Positions 25,106 through 34,104 of a stretch of 39,150 nucleotides of DNA are shown here, in pieces. The stretch's first letter is position 1; the number at the start of each line of letters is the position of its first letter. Source of the DNA: Candidatus Bathyarchaeota archaeon (GTDB taxonomy: Archaea; Thermoproteota; Bathyarchaeia; Bathyarchaeales; Bathyarchaeaceae); assembly GCA_965602795.1 (NCBI GenBank), contig CBFCZR010000001.1, forward strand, positions 1-39,150. Direction: 5' to 3'. The notes under the pieces were generated by a model. That model was not told where the DNA came from. It searched no databases and was given only the letters and a program-made list of their open reading frames with translations. A program made the translations under genes and the position numbers.

Positions 25106-25603
25106 TCAATCCTCAAGTTTCTCGATAACTACACGACAGGGTGTAGGTAACTTGGCGCCTCCCCGTTTCAGCGCCTGCGCGGCAGCTTCAAGACCATCCT
25201 TGTTTACGTTAATCATTATAACTGGCTGACCCGATTTCACACGGGCTGCTAATCCCACGGCTTTGCCAAAAGCATTTCTCATCCCGTCTTGAAGACGATC
25301 CGCATGAGCTCCAAAAATCATCTTGTTTTCTCGGAGCACAACATGAGGATAAGGTAAAATCCTCAAAAGGTAACTATTCCCCAAGTTTTCTGCGAGAACT
25401 CTGTTAGTTGCTATGCGCGCAGCTTCCAGAGCGTTGTGTCTAATCTGAACTTCCTTCTCGGCGAGAAGGCGGGCTTGATACTTATAGCTACCGGATGTAT
25501 CGCCCATAGTGAATTTCACTATTTTTGAGGAGGGGGAGCCTCGGATGTACTTTTTTCTTGTATAGGCTTGACCCTTTACCTCCCGATAGTTATGAGCTTT
25601 CAT
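25106..25603 (-). CDS. rpl10e: 50S ribosomal protein L10e (uL16)
   Basis: NYREVKGQAYTRKKYIRGSPSSKIVKFTMGD...MRNAFGKAVGLAARV is typical of archaeal L10e. Confidence 0.92.
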   Translation of the reverse strand: MKAHNYREVKGQAYTRKKYIRGSPSSKIVKFTMGDTSGSYKYQARLLAEKEVQIRHNALEAARIATNRVLAENLGNSYLLRILPYPHVVLRENKMIFGAHADRLQDGMRNAFGKAVGLAARVKSGQPVIMINVNKDGLEAAAQALKRGGAKLPTPCRVVIEKLED

Positions 25604-25796
25604 TGTCTATTCCTCACCTGCTCTGTTCATCATAGTTAAATAGATATTATAAAAACTATTCTATATTCGATATAATGGTTTGTAAAAAACAATGAAAAGG
25701 GGCGTTTTCCACGGGTTTTCTATTGTCAGAAAATACTTTTTCAGTTGAGAGTACGAGTTGAAGCGAATATTGAATTTGTATTTTTCGACCGGTCAA

Positions 25797-26630
25797 TCAA
25801 AATTTCTTTCGGAGAAGTTCATTCGCCAAAATTCCAAAGTCTTCTGGCGCCAATTCCCGCACCCTTTTCTCGCTATAAACCATAGAATCAGCCAATTTCA
25901 GCGCTTCTTTTCCAGTTATTCCACGTTTGCGTAAGAAGGGAACCAAACCGTTTCTTACTTTCTTGTTTCGCTGAGTGAAAAGTGTTCGAACAAGCTCAAA
26001 AAATGTTTCTTCATCTTCCACCTGGAAAGGGGGAGACCGAGGTTTCAGGCGTACCATCATGGAATCCACGTCTGGCGGGGGATAAAACACCGTTCTAGGA
26101 ACATAATCCAGAAGCTCCACATCAGCTCGGTAGTAGATAGTAACGGTTAGCCTTCCGTAATCTTTGCCTCCCACCGAAGCCGCTAATCGCTCAGCAAACT
26201 CCTTCTGGAGAATAAGAACTGCCCAGTCAAATTTTCTTTCTAGAAGGCGAAAGAGAAGCGGGGATGAAATGGAGTAGGGAGGAGCAGAAACAACCTTGTC
26301 GAAGTGAGGAAGAGAAACCTTGAGGATGTCGCCTTCTATCAAATCTACATTCTGCAGACCATCAATTTGCTTTCTCAAGATTCTCACAATGTTGGGGTCA
26401 AGTTCGACTGCAACCACTTTTTTGCAGTTGTTAGAAAGAAGCTTTGTAAGAAAACCGAGACCGGCCCCAACTTCTAAGACAACATCATCTTCAGTTAGAG
26501 AAGCATGGGACACTAATCGCTGCAAAATATCTGAATTCACTGTGAAGTGTTGCCCCAAACGTTTTTTTGGGGAAAAGCCGTAAAGGCGAAGAAGATGCTT
26601 CGCCCTTTTAAGAAGATTCATTCTTTCCAC
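25797..26630 (-). CDS. ksgA: 16S rRNA dimethyladenosine transferase KsgA/Dim1
   Basis: KKRLGQHFTVNSDIL, the SAM motif VLEVGAGLGFLT, and VVSAPPYSISSPLLF are all present. Confidence 0.92.
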   Translation of the reverse strand: MERMNLLKRAKHLLRLYGFSPKKRLGQHFTVNSDILQRLVSHASLTEDDVVLEVGAGLGFLTKLLSNNCKKVVAVELDPNIVRILRKQIDGLQNVDLIEGDILKVSLPHFDKVVSAPPYSISSPLLFRLLERKFDWAVLILQKEFAERLAASVGGKDYGRLTVTIYYRADVELLDYVPRTVFYPPPDVDSMMVRLKPRSPPFQVEDEETFFELVRTLFTQRNKKVRNGLVPFLRKRGITGKEALKLADSMVYSEKRVRELAPEDFGILANELLRKKF

Positions 26631-27193
26631 TAGGGCGCTCTCGTGAACAGTCGATATTTGCTTTCGCCAGACAGCTCCTCCAAAATTCTTCTTGTAATGA
26701 GTTTGGAGGGGTTAGGCATGTTGGCGCGATTCTGTAAATCCTCTAGGTTCTGGAAGGGTTTTCGCTCTCTTTCATCGATAATTTGCCACATGTATTTCTT
26801 CCCTATGCCTGGAATCAATTCTAGGGCATGCATTCTAGGCGTTATTGCCTGTGCTGTGTTGAAGAAGTTAATGAACCACTTTTCTCGATTAATGACTATC
26901 TTTTCTATTGTTCCAGAAAGTTCCATCTTAGCGTTAGAGGTTAAGTCTTCATAGTTTATTCGCCCAATAATGTATGTTATTTTTCTCCGAGAATCTTTTC
27001 CAACATAGACTCTGTCAGCAGTCTTAAGAACAATGCCATCTCTAGCGATTGCCTCAAGAAAGGTGAAGTATTCTTCTCCCACTACCTGAACCAGCGCCCC
27101 CGCTCTATATCCTGGTCTAGCTCCCGGTCTTCCATGAGGAAGATAATCCAGAACATAAGCATACTCTTCGTATCTCTTCTCGCTCCTTTCCAC
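26630..27193 (-). CDS. DUF655 family protein (predicted nucleic-acid binding, HhH-like C-terminus)
   Basis: EEYAYVLDYLPHGRPG is at the N-terminus and LELIPGIGKKYMWQIIDER in the C-terminal half. It holds the conserved archaeal position between rpoF and ksgA. Confidence 0.75.
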   Translation of the reverse strand: MERSEKRYEEYAYVLDYLPHGRPGARPGYRAGALVQVVGEEYFTFLEAIARDGIVLKTADRVYVGKDSRRKITYIIGRINYEDLTSNAKMELSGTIEKIVINREKWFINFFNTAQAITPRMHALELIPGIGKKYMWQIIDERERKPFQNLEDLQNRANMPNPSKLITRRILEELSGESKYRLFTRAP

Positions 27194-27254
27194 TCTTTCC
27201 CTGCCCCCGAAATGGTAACAACTAGTTTAGAGGATATATAATTGAGAAAGTCCT

Positions 27255-27593
27255 TTATTCCTTTTTTCTATACGTGTTCAAAAAAACCAGTATTTTTTCT
27301 AGTTTGGAGCTTTCAATTATCCTACGACCACCAGACAAAAACACTCTGATTTCTTGGATGCTTGCAGGCATAGCATTTATTATTTGCACAGCCTCTTCTT
27401 CTTCCACTTCGAATTTTTCCATGAAGTCCTTCAGGATAGTGTCTACTTTGTCAGGGTCAACTTTGGTGAATTTTGTTGCGTAGTCGAGGGACCTTCTCTG
27501 GAATTGGTCCAGTCGTTCCTCGCCAATAGCTTCTAATGCTTCCTTTACTTGTGGAACAGTGATAATACGTTCTTTTAGAGCCTTTCGCGCCAT
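27255..27593 (-). CDS. rpoF: DNA-directed RNA polymerase subunit F (Rpo4)
   Basis: A 112-aa helical protein (ITVPQVKEALEAI...LDYATKFTKVD...AVQIINAMP) sits immediately downstream of L21e. rpl21e-rpoF is a conserved archaeal pair. Confidence 0.75.
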   Translation of the reverse strand: MARKALKERIITVPQVKEALEAIGEERLDQFQRRSLDYATKFTKVDPDKVDTILKDFMEKFEVEEEEAVQIINAMPASIQEIRVFLSGGRRIIESSKLEKILVFLNTYRKKE

Positions 27594-27595
27594 TT

Positions 27596-27895
27596 TTAGA
27601 CCTCCTTATGAGGGGTTATGTGTTCTGGGCGAACGATTATTTCCTTAGTTGCCTTCCCTTGGGACACATTAACGACATAACTTCTCCCTCGTTTCTCAGC
27701 GATAACGCCGATTTTGCCGTGGAATCTTCGGTGAGGCATGCCCTTGTGAACGCTGGGGTCTAATTTAATCACAACCTTTTCATCAGGTTCATACTCACGC
27801 AATACCCTGCTTAATCCTGTTTTTCCCCGTTCTCTAGACTTCCGCTTCAAGAGGTAACGGGTTTTTCTACGGTAACCTTTCGCTTTTCTTCCCAA
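27596..27895 (-). CDS. rpl21e: 50S ribosomal protein L21e
   Basis: MGRKAKGYRRKTRYLLKRKSRERGKTGLSRVLREYEPDEKVVIKLDPSVHKGMPHRRFHGKIGV is the L21e signature. Confidence 0.93.
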   Translation of the reverse strand: MGRKAKGYRRKTRYLLKRKSRERGKTGLSRVLREYEPDEKVVIKLDPSVHKGMPHRRFHGKIGVIAEKRGRSYVVNVSQGKATKEIIVRPEHITPHKEV

Positions 27896-27896
27896 C

Positions 27897-29225
27897 TTAA
27901 GATTCCTCCATAATAATCTTTAAAACATCTAACTCAAGAGGCTTTGCTTCAGCGTTGATAATAGAGGCTACGCTAGGTACTGTTCGCCCTTCATCGCCGC
28001 TTACCAACTCTTTAATATAAAGCCCTCCTTGACAACGTATCTTCATTTCTGCACGATTAGGTGCCAACCTCTTTATCTGCGTCTCATATATGTACTTTTC
28101 TCGAACTAGGTCCGCTCTTCTATGCAAAACACGTAACGGTGTTTGTTGACGAATGCTAGCCTTTGTCAATGTTTTCTTTATAGTCTCCAATTCTTCATCC
28201 GAAACGTCCCTGTCAAAATCAACGAGAACTTTATAGATTTTCTTGGATGCTTCAGCCTTCTTTAATCGCCTAATATCATCTTTGCTGGCGAAACGAAGAT
28301 TCAAAACCTCGACTTTGCCTCGGGCTTGCTTATTAACGAGTTTCGTGATAGTCTGAAGGTCTATGAACCGTCTCCGAGGCTTTTTGACTTCCATAATGAA
28401 TGGTCTTCCCGTTCCCAGCATCTGGGCATCCACATCTTCTCGTCCAGCCGCATGGAAAGCCACATCTTCTCCCCCAGTTTTTTCCAAAAGGGGTCCTGCA
28501 ATAATCTCTTCAACCGATTCTTGATACATCTTTCCGGTCCCATTGCATTTCGGGCATCCCTCGCCCCTACAATTTCTGCACAGCCACTTTGATTGTGGGA
28601 TGTTACGAACAAGTTTCTTGTATGCTCCCCGGACATAGAGAGGGTTAGATTGGAGAATAACTTCGCCAGTGAAGGGTCTGACTAGAACCACCACATCAGG
28701 CTTTTTGTATTCAGCCGGTTTCTTTGTAGCCGCGGCGATTTTTTTCCCGATATCTCGGCTGAATTCGTTACGCATGCTCTCTCCATATCCCACCTCAAAG
28801 CGGGCTTTAAACTCGTCTTCTCTCTCCTCGACTGTTGTTGGCAGTTCTATACCAACAAGGAAAGTAGTGTATTCGTAGTCTTCAAGTGTCTCCAAGGCGT
28901 TTTCCACCAGTGTATCCACGCTTTTGAATAATCCTTGGCAGAGGTAACATTCCTTCTTTTTTCTAGCTCTCTTTCTCATATTATGGAGTATCTCAGCAGC
29001 CATGTCAAAAGCCCCATTCGACGCTAAGATTCTGAGATTAGAGAATCCTGCTTTCTTGCCGGAAAGCGCCAACTGATGATTCTTCATTGTTAATAGGAGT
29101 TTCAGGGTTTCGCCTCGTTTTTGGTCACTCAGTCCATATCCAAGGAGAGCGAATTGTCTACCTAAACATTGGTCACAGAGGGGGTGCACTTCAAGCATTT
29201 TTTGTGCCTTTTTGAGTATCTCCAT
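27897..29225 (-). CDS. pus10: tRNA pseudouridine(54/55) synthase Pus10
   Basis: An N-terminal Zn motif (HPLCDQCLGRQF) and a second Zn cluster (CRNCRGEGCPKCNGTG) are present. A THUMP-like region follows. The catalytic core is HAAGREDVDAQMLGTGRPF. Confidence 0.88.
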   Translation of the reverse strand: MEILKKAQKMLEVHPLCDQCLGRQFALLGYGLSDQKRGETLKLLLTMKNHQLALSGKKAGFSNLRILASNGAFDMAAEILHNMRKRARKKKECYLCQGLFKSVDTLVENALETLEDYEYTTFLVGIELPTTVEEREDEFKARFEVGYGESMRNEFSRDIGKKIAAATKKPAEYKKPDVVVLVRPFTGEVILQSNPLYVRGAYKKLVRNIPQSKWLCRNCRGEGCPKCNGTGKMYQESVEEIIAGPLLEKTGGEDVAFHAAGREDVDAQMLGTGRPFIMEVKKPRRRFIDLQTITKLVNKQARGKVEVLNLRFASKDDIRRLKKAEASKKIYKVLVDFDRDVSDEELETIKKTLTKASIRQQTPLRVLHRRADLVREKYIYETQIKRLAPNRAEMKIRCQGGLYIKELVSGDEGRTVPSVASIINAEAKPLELDVLKIIMEES

Positions 29226-29281
29226 TGAATTTTCCTCGGTTGTGGCAATAAATCATCTACAAGTTTTCAAATATTGTTTCC

Positions 29282-30619
29282 TTAGGTTCCTGGAAAACCT
29301 TTTCCGAAAAAGGGAAGTTTCTTTCGTCTAAAGGTTTTCATCATTTTTCTCATGTTATTATACTGTTTTATTAGTTCCTTTACTTCTTTTTCTGTAGTGC
29401 CTGATCCTCGGGCAACTCTGCGAATTCTGGACGAGGAGAGAATTTTGGGTTTCTCCCTTTCTTTGGGAGTCATAGACTGAATTATCACACGCCATCTTTT
29501 GAGAGCATCTTCAGCCATGTTCATCTGCTCATCAGGGATGTTATAGCTCATTCCAGGAATCATCTTCAAGAGACCCTTTAAGGGCCCCATTTTCTTCATA
29601 GACTCAAATTGTTCATACATGTCCGTGAGAGTGAACTTTCCGCTCAAAAAGGCGCGAACCTTTTTCTCAGGCACCTTCACCTCTGCATCACGCACTTTAT
29701 CCACGAGGCTCTGAAGGTCCCCCATGCCCAACAGTCGTCCTACAAATCTGGATGGAACAAAAGGTTCAATGTCGCCAAGCTTTTCACCTGCACTGATGAA
29801 TTTTATAGGCGCTCCGATGGCAGCCACCGCTGAGAGGGCGCCGCCTCCTCTAGCAGAGCCATCAAGTTTCGACACCAGAATAGAGCCGATTGGCGTGGCT
29901 TCGTGGAGTGCTCTAGCCTGCACAGCTGCCTGTTGGCCGATGGTTCCGTCAATGACCAAAATCGCTTCGTCGGGCTTTATAGTCTTCTCTAGCCGTTTCA
30001 TCTCGTTAATTAAGCCCTTCTCTTCTTTGTGGCGACCAGCAGTGTCAACAATAACGACATCATAATCTTTGAACTGCTTCAAGCCTCTCAGAGCGATCTT
30101 TTCAGACTTCTTTTCTTTCGGTTCCCCATACACAGGAATGTTTGCTCTGCCTGCCAGCTGCTTCAACTGGTCGTAGGCTCCAGGTCTATAAGTATCGGTG
30201 CAAACTAGGGCTGTTTTTAATCCTCTTTTTTGGAAGTATTTCGCCAGTTTTCCTGAGGCAGTAGTCTTTCCTGAACCCTGGATTCCCACAAGCATGAGAA
30301 CCATTCTTTTCCCAGGTTCTATCTTCAGTGAGGCAGCTTTTTCGCCCAGAAAACGTGTTAACTCTTCGTAAACCACTTTTACGATGTGTTCTCTTCTGGA
30401 AACTCCGGGCGGAACCTTCTCTTTCAGTGCCCGTTCTTCTATTCTCTTCGAAACTTCGAGAACTAGTTTAACGTTAACGTCTGCTTGGAGTAGCGCCCGC
30501 TGGATGTCGCGGACAAGCTCCTTAACGGTTTTCTCGTCCATAACTGGCGCTTTGAAAATCTTTTTAAGAGCAGTATTTAGTGAAGAGCCGAGGCGATCCA
30601 GAACCATCTTTTCTCCCAT
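29282..30619 (-). CDS. srp54: Signal recognition particle protein SRP54
   Basis: The NG domain carries the P-loop GIQGSGKTT, plus DTAGR and SKLDG. The Met-rich M domain is present (MKKMGPLKGLLKMIPGM). The start may be the internal ATG at 30607 (MVLDRLG...), which follows GGAG. Confidence 0.93.
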   Translation of the reverse strand: MGEKMVLDRLGSSLNTALKKIFKAPVMDEKTVKELVRDIQRALLQADVNVKLVLEVSKRIEERALKEKVPPGVSRREHIVKVVYEELTRFLGEKAASLKIEPGKRMVLMLVGIQGSGKTTASGKLAKYFQKRGLKTALVCTDTYRPGAYDQLKQLAGRANIPVYGEPKEKKSEKIALRGLKQFKDYDVVIVDTAGRHKEEKGLINEMKRLEKTIKPDEAILVIDGTIGQQAAVQARALHEATPIGSILVSKLDGSARGGGALSAVAAIGAPIKFISAGEKLGDIEPFVPSRFVGRLLGMGDLQSLVDKVRDAEVKVPEKKVRAFLSGKFTLTDMYEQFESMKKMGPLKGLLKMIPGMSYNIPDEQMNMAEDALKRWRVIIQSMTPKEREKPKILSSSRIRRVARGSGTTEKEVKELIKQYNNMRKMMKTFRRKKLPFFGKGFPGT

Positions 30620-30708
30620 CTAAAAGTAAATTCGCCTTTTATAGGTATTTAGCTTGTGGCATAATTCTTTTCTCTTAGTTAAAGGTAGTTATTTTGGGGA
30701 AATAATCT

Positions 30709-31452
30709 TTGTCAAAAGCAGTTGAAATTGTGGAAAAGAAGCCTATACCATCTGAGGCTACGATGCTCATTGGACTCCCTGATGTGGGGCTCGTAGGACT
30801 CATAGCAACCTCCTATCTGATAACTGAGCTCAAGTTGGAAGAGATAGCATACATGGACTCGGACCTGCTTCCTCCCGTTGTCGTTTTACACAAGGGGCTA
30901 CCTCATGCACCTCTTCGAATCTACGGAAATCAAAATCTGATTGCAGTAATCTCTGAATTAGCGGTTCCAGTGCCAGCCATATATTCGGTAATGCGGGAAA
31001 TTGTGGATTGGGGAGAAGCCAAGAAAGTTAAAAGAATAGTGTCCATGGGAGGCATCCCGGTAGAAAGCAGGCAGACAATCACGGAACCCCAAGTTTTTGG
31101 CGCCGCTTCCAACCAAGAGCTGCTTGATATGTTAAACAAAAAGGGGCTGAAGATTCTTAATGAGGGGTACATTGTTGGTCCCCAAGCGCTTAGCATGAGA
31201 TACAGCAGCAGTAAGAAAGTTCCAGCCATGGCAATCTTAGCTCAATCGTTCTACAATTATCCTGACCCAGAGGCGGCGGCGATGGTATTGAAGGAGTTCT
31301 CAAACATCTTCGAGATTAAAGTTGATGTCTCCAAACTTCGCGAAAAAGGGGAAGAAATCCGATTGAAAGCTAGGGACATAATGAAGCGAACTCAACAGGA
31401 AATGAAGCGCATGAAAAAATCTCAGGAGTACGATCTCCCATTATACGTTTAG
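30709..31452 (+). CDS. PAC2-family proteasome assembly chaperone-like protein (second paralogue)
   Basis: ATMLIGLPDVGLVGLIATSYLITELK parallels the GFPGLGMVGSIATNYL motif of the 10140-10925 gene. It has a TTG start and a C-terminal charged tail ending in YV. Confidence 0.7.
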   Translation: MSKAVEIVEKKPIPSEATMLIGLPDVGLVGLIATSYLITELKLEEIAYMDSDLLPPVVVLHKGLPHAPLRIYGNQNLIAVISELAVPVPAIYSVMREIVDWGEAKKVKRIVSMGGIPVESRQTITEPQVFGAASNQELLDMLNKKGLKILNEGYIVGPQALSMRYSSSKKVPAMAILAQSFYNYPDPEAAAMVLKEFSNIFEIKVDVSKLREKGEEIRLKARDIMKRTQQEMKRMKKSQEYDLPLYV

Positions 31453-31463
31453 GAGGGAATTAG

Positions 31464-31895
31464 ATGTCTGAAAAACAGAGAAAACACTCAATCTTCGATA
31501 AAATGAATGGATATGTAGAAGAGTTCGAAAATTTAGTAGATGAACTTATGGCATCCGCATTCTCTGAGGGCCCCAGTTGGAATACGGAAACGTGCTGTCT
31601 TCAGGCTCTCTCCAACGTTTTCATGACTTCCCGAGAAGTTGTAGTCACAGCTGACATGCCAAATATCGAAACTGAAACCGTGAAGGTTGAGGCAGTAGAT
31701 GAAAACACTGTTGAGATTACAGCGAAAATGAGGAAAAAAGTGCGGTTCGCCGATTTAGGTATCTACCATAGGCAGGGAGAGTTTTCTTCTTTACGTTGCC
31801 AAGGTCGCATACATGTAGCTTTTGATGCGGAAAAAATGAAAATCGCCTACAAAGGAGGCATAGTAGAGGTTCGATTCTCGAGAAAAAAGAAATAG
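31464..31895 (+). CDS. Divergent Hsp20/alpha-crystallin-domain protein
   Basis: EVVVTADMPNIETETVKVEAVDENTVEITAKMRKK...RQGEFSSLRCQGRIHVAFDAEKMKIAYKGGIVEVRFSRKK follows the ACD pattern (xDLPGvxkedIxV...L.I....GxF.R...LP..vd...i.A.y.nGvL.i..pK). GGAGGG lies 6 nt upstream of the ATG, and the gene starts 11 nt after the PAC2 stop. Confidence 0.55.
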   Translation: MSEKQRKHSIFDKMNGYVEEFENLVDELMASAFSEGPSWNTETCCLQALSNVFMTSREVVVTADMPNIETETVKVEAVDENTVEITAKMRKKVRFADLGIYHRQGEFSSLRCQGRIHVAFDAEKMKIAYKGGIVEVRFSRKKK

Positions 31896-31997
31896 CAAAA
31901 TTGAATAACTGTTTGAAGCCTCAGTTTGCTCGCGTCTTCACAATTCCGACGGCTCTTCTCGCATCATCGGCTTCAACTAAAGCTCTCTTTAACTCTT

Positions 31998-32933
31998 CTA
32001 ATCAGTCTTTCCGAGACGTTCAAAGGCAGAAGCCACAATCAAGGGGAAAGCTATTGTTGCGTCACAGATGACTGTCGCCTCTTTTCCTTCAGGCTTCACT
32101 TTTCCCCAGCTGATTGCCTCTTTCAAGGTAGCTCCGCTTAGTCCACCGGGTTCTGGCCTATCCATGGTGATCTGGATTGCAAGGTCGACGCCTTCTCTGA
32201 AAGTGTTGGCAAAGAGGGCGAAGTGTTTAGGCCAGCCTCCTCCCAAGATTATTATGCCCACTTTTTTGGCTTCGTAAGCAATGTCAACGAGTTTGTGGGT
32301 GTCAAGGAGCGGGTCTATCCTCAGTTTTTTGTCTTGCCCGAACATCCACATGTGGAAGCCAGCTATAGAATCCACTAATCCGGGGCTTATGATTGGAACT
32401 CCTTTCTTTGCGGCGGTGGCGAGGATGGATTCTGGATCGGAGATTCTTTTGCCGATCTCAAAAAGAAGTTCGGTGGTGGATATGCGTTCTCTCTTCTCTT
32501 CAGGTATGCTTTCCAGGGTTTTGTTTATCCATTTTTCTAAGTCTTTGAAGGCATCCTGTTTGATGTAGATGTCGCCTATTCGCCCGATGTCTTGGTTCTT
32601 CAGTTCTTTGTCTTCGGCGAGAAAGGTGCCTATCCAGTGACGGTGACCAAGGGATTCCACCATGTCATGAACCATGTTAGCGCCAGTGGTCACAATTGCA
32701 TTCACATACTCTTGCTCTATCAAATCTCTGATCATCTGCCGCATCCCCCCTGGAACTAGAGGACCAGCTAAAGTCAAGAAAACCGTATAATCCCTGTCAC
32801 CAAACATCTCCGTTACAATCTCGGCGGCTTTACCAATTTTTCCGGCGCCAAGCACTCCGCACTCGTTCATTTCAGAAACGAGGTCGTCTACGGTTAAGCC
32901 GTCCTTCAGATGCATATGTTTTACGCGTTTCAA
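31998..32933 (-). CDS. dys: Deoxyhypusine synthase
   Basis: LTVDDLVSEM...TVFLTLAGPLVPGGMRQMIRDLIEQEYVNAIVTTGANMVHD...IILGGGWPKHF are DHS motifs. It lies next to its substrate gene, aIF5A. Confidence 0.88.
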   Translation of the reverse strand: MKRVKHMHLKDGLTVDDLVSEMNECGVLGAGKIGKAAEIVTEMFGDRDYTVFLTLAGPLVPGGMRQMIRDLIEQEYVNAIVTTGANMVHDMVESLGHRHWIGTFLAEDKELKNQDIGRIGDIYIKQDAFKDLEKWINKTLESIPEEKRERISTTELLFEIGKRISDPESILATAAKKGVPIISPGLVDSIAGFHMWMFGQDKKLRIDPLLDTHKLVDIAYEAKKVGIIILGGGWPKHFALFANTFREGVDLAIQITMDRPEPGGLSGATLKEAISWGKVKPEGKEATVICDATIAFPLIVASAFERLGKTD

Positions 32934-32950
32934 ATCTTCCAGCCACAGTT

Positions 32951-32974
32951 AAAAATCTTCTATTAGGAAGATTT
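32951..32974 (-). terminator. Hairpin and U-run terminator candidate downstream of aIF5A
   Basis: On the minus strand, AATCTTC (32973-32967) and GAAGATT (32960-32954) form a 7-bp stem with a 6-nt loop, followed by TTTTT (32955-32951, first two in the stem). Confidence 0.4.
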
Positions 32975-33028
32975 GCTGTTAGCGTTTTAAAAAGGTAGTT
33001 ACGGAAAGGTGCAGTCAGAAAAGAGGGG

Positions 33029-33424
33029 TTACCCCTTTGTTCGTGTTATTCTTGTTCTGCCCAGAATTTGCCAGTATTCAACTTCAACGCCGGAATCCAG
33101 TTTTGATTTTAGTTCTTCATCCTCTGGGTATGGTGCTTCAAGCATTCCGTAAGTTTCTAAATCCATTAATTGGACAGCTGAGGGCAACAAGGCGATGACT
33201 TGTCCGGTGTTTTTCTCTATGAGGGGAACGTCAACCTGTGCACTTACAGGCTTCACTATTGTTTTTTTGGATTCATCAAAAACGCCTATGGCTACGATAC
33301 GAGCCTTTGCAGAACCGTGTTTCCCAGGTTTCGATTTAGTGTAATTCACTATTTTGCAGGGTTCACCGGCGATGATTATGTAGCTGCCGACTCTTAGGGC
33401 GCCAACATCCATAGGTTTGCTCAT
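33029..33424 (-). CDS. eif5a: Translation initiation factor 5A (aIF5A)
   Basis: GSYIIIAGEPCKIVNYTKSKPGKHGSAKARIVAIGVF contains the hypusine loop (S/T)KxGKHGxAK. Confidence 0.93.
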   Translation of the reverse strand: MSKPMDVGALRVGSYIIIAGEPCKIVNYTKSKPGKHGSAKARIVAIGVFDESKKTIVKPVSAQVDVPLIEKNTGQVIALLPSAVQLMDLETYGMLEAPYPEDEELKSKLDSGVEVEYWQILGRTRITRTKG

Positions 33425-33571
33425 GTTATACAGTTCTCCTAACAGAAGAATTTCACGTATTTCTATGTTAATAACCTATCGCCTAAAATACGCTTTGGAT
33501 AAGTATTGGACAGCTAGCAACTTAAAAATAGCTAATTTCACAATTATTATTTTGCCTTTCGGAGGTAAAAG

Positions 33572-34096
33572 ATTACGAAAAGAAGAGTTATAGTTCTGGA
33601 TACCTCGGCTTTCATCGCCGGATTTGACCCTCTTGCAGTGCCAGACAAACAATACACAGTAACAGAGGTTAAAAATGAACTAATTGCAGGGTCAATGCCT
33701 TGGGTGCGATTCAACGCAGCAATAGAGAACGGGAAGTTGACAATCAGGAGTCCGAAAAGTTCTGTTTCTCAAGAGATTCAGGAAGCTTCCATGAAGGTTG
33801 GGGATATGCGTTATCTCTCTGAGGCGGATTTGCAAGTTCTGGCTTTAGCTTTAGAGCTGAAAAATATGGGTTCAAGTCCGGTAATTGTTACGGATGATTA
33901 TTCGATACAGAATGTGGCTAACAAAATCGATGTCGAATTTACGTCGTTGATGACTTTCGGGATAAAGTTTCGCTTCAAATGGATATTATACTGCCCCGCA
34001 TGCTATCGTAAATATCCCCCAGATTACAAATTCAAAGTTTGCGAAGTCTGCGGAACAGAACTTAAAAGGAAGCCTAAGAAAAAAACGCGGTTATAA
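33572..34096 (+). CDS. nob1: Nob1-like endonuclease (PIN domain plus C-terminal zinc ribbon); the start is proposed at a non-canonical ATT
   Basis: The ORF track begins at GTG 33638. The open frame upstream encodes KITKRRVIVLDTSAFIAGFDP, which is the first PIN acidic motif. Further motifs are VVTDDYSIQNVA and the ribbon CPACYRKY...CEVCG. GGAGGT at 33561-33566 precedes the in-frame ATT at 33572-33574. Confidence 0.8.
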   Translation: MTKRRVIVLDTSAFIAGFDPLAVPDKQYTVTEVKNELIAGSMPWVRFNAAIENGKLTIRSPKSSVSQEIQEASMKVGDMRYLSEADLQVLALALELKNMGSSPVIVTDDYSIQNVANKIDVEFTSLMTFGIKFRFKWILYCPACYRKYPPDYKFKVCEVCGTELKRKPKKKTRL

Positions 34097-34104
34097 ACTA
34101 GAAG

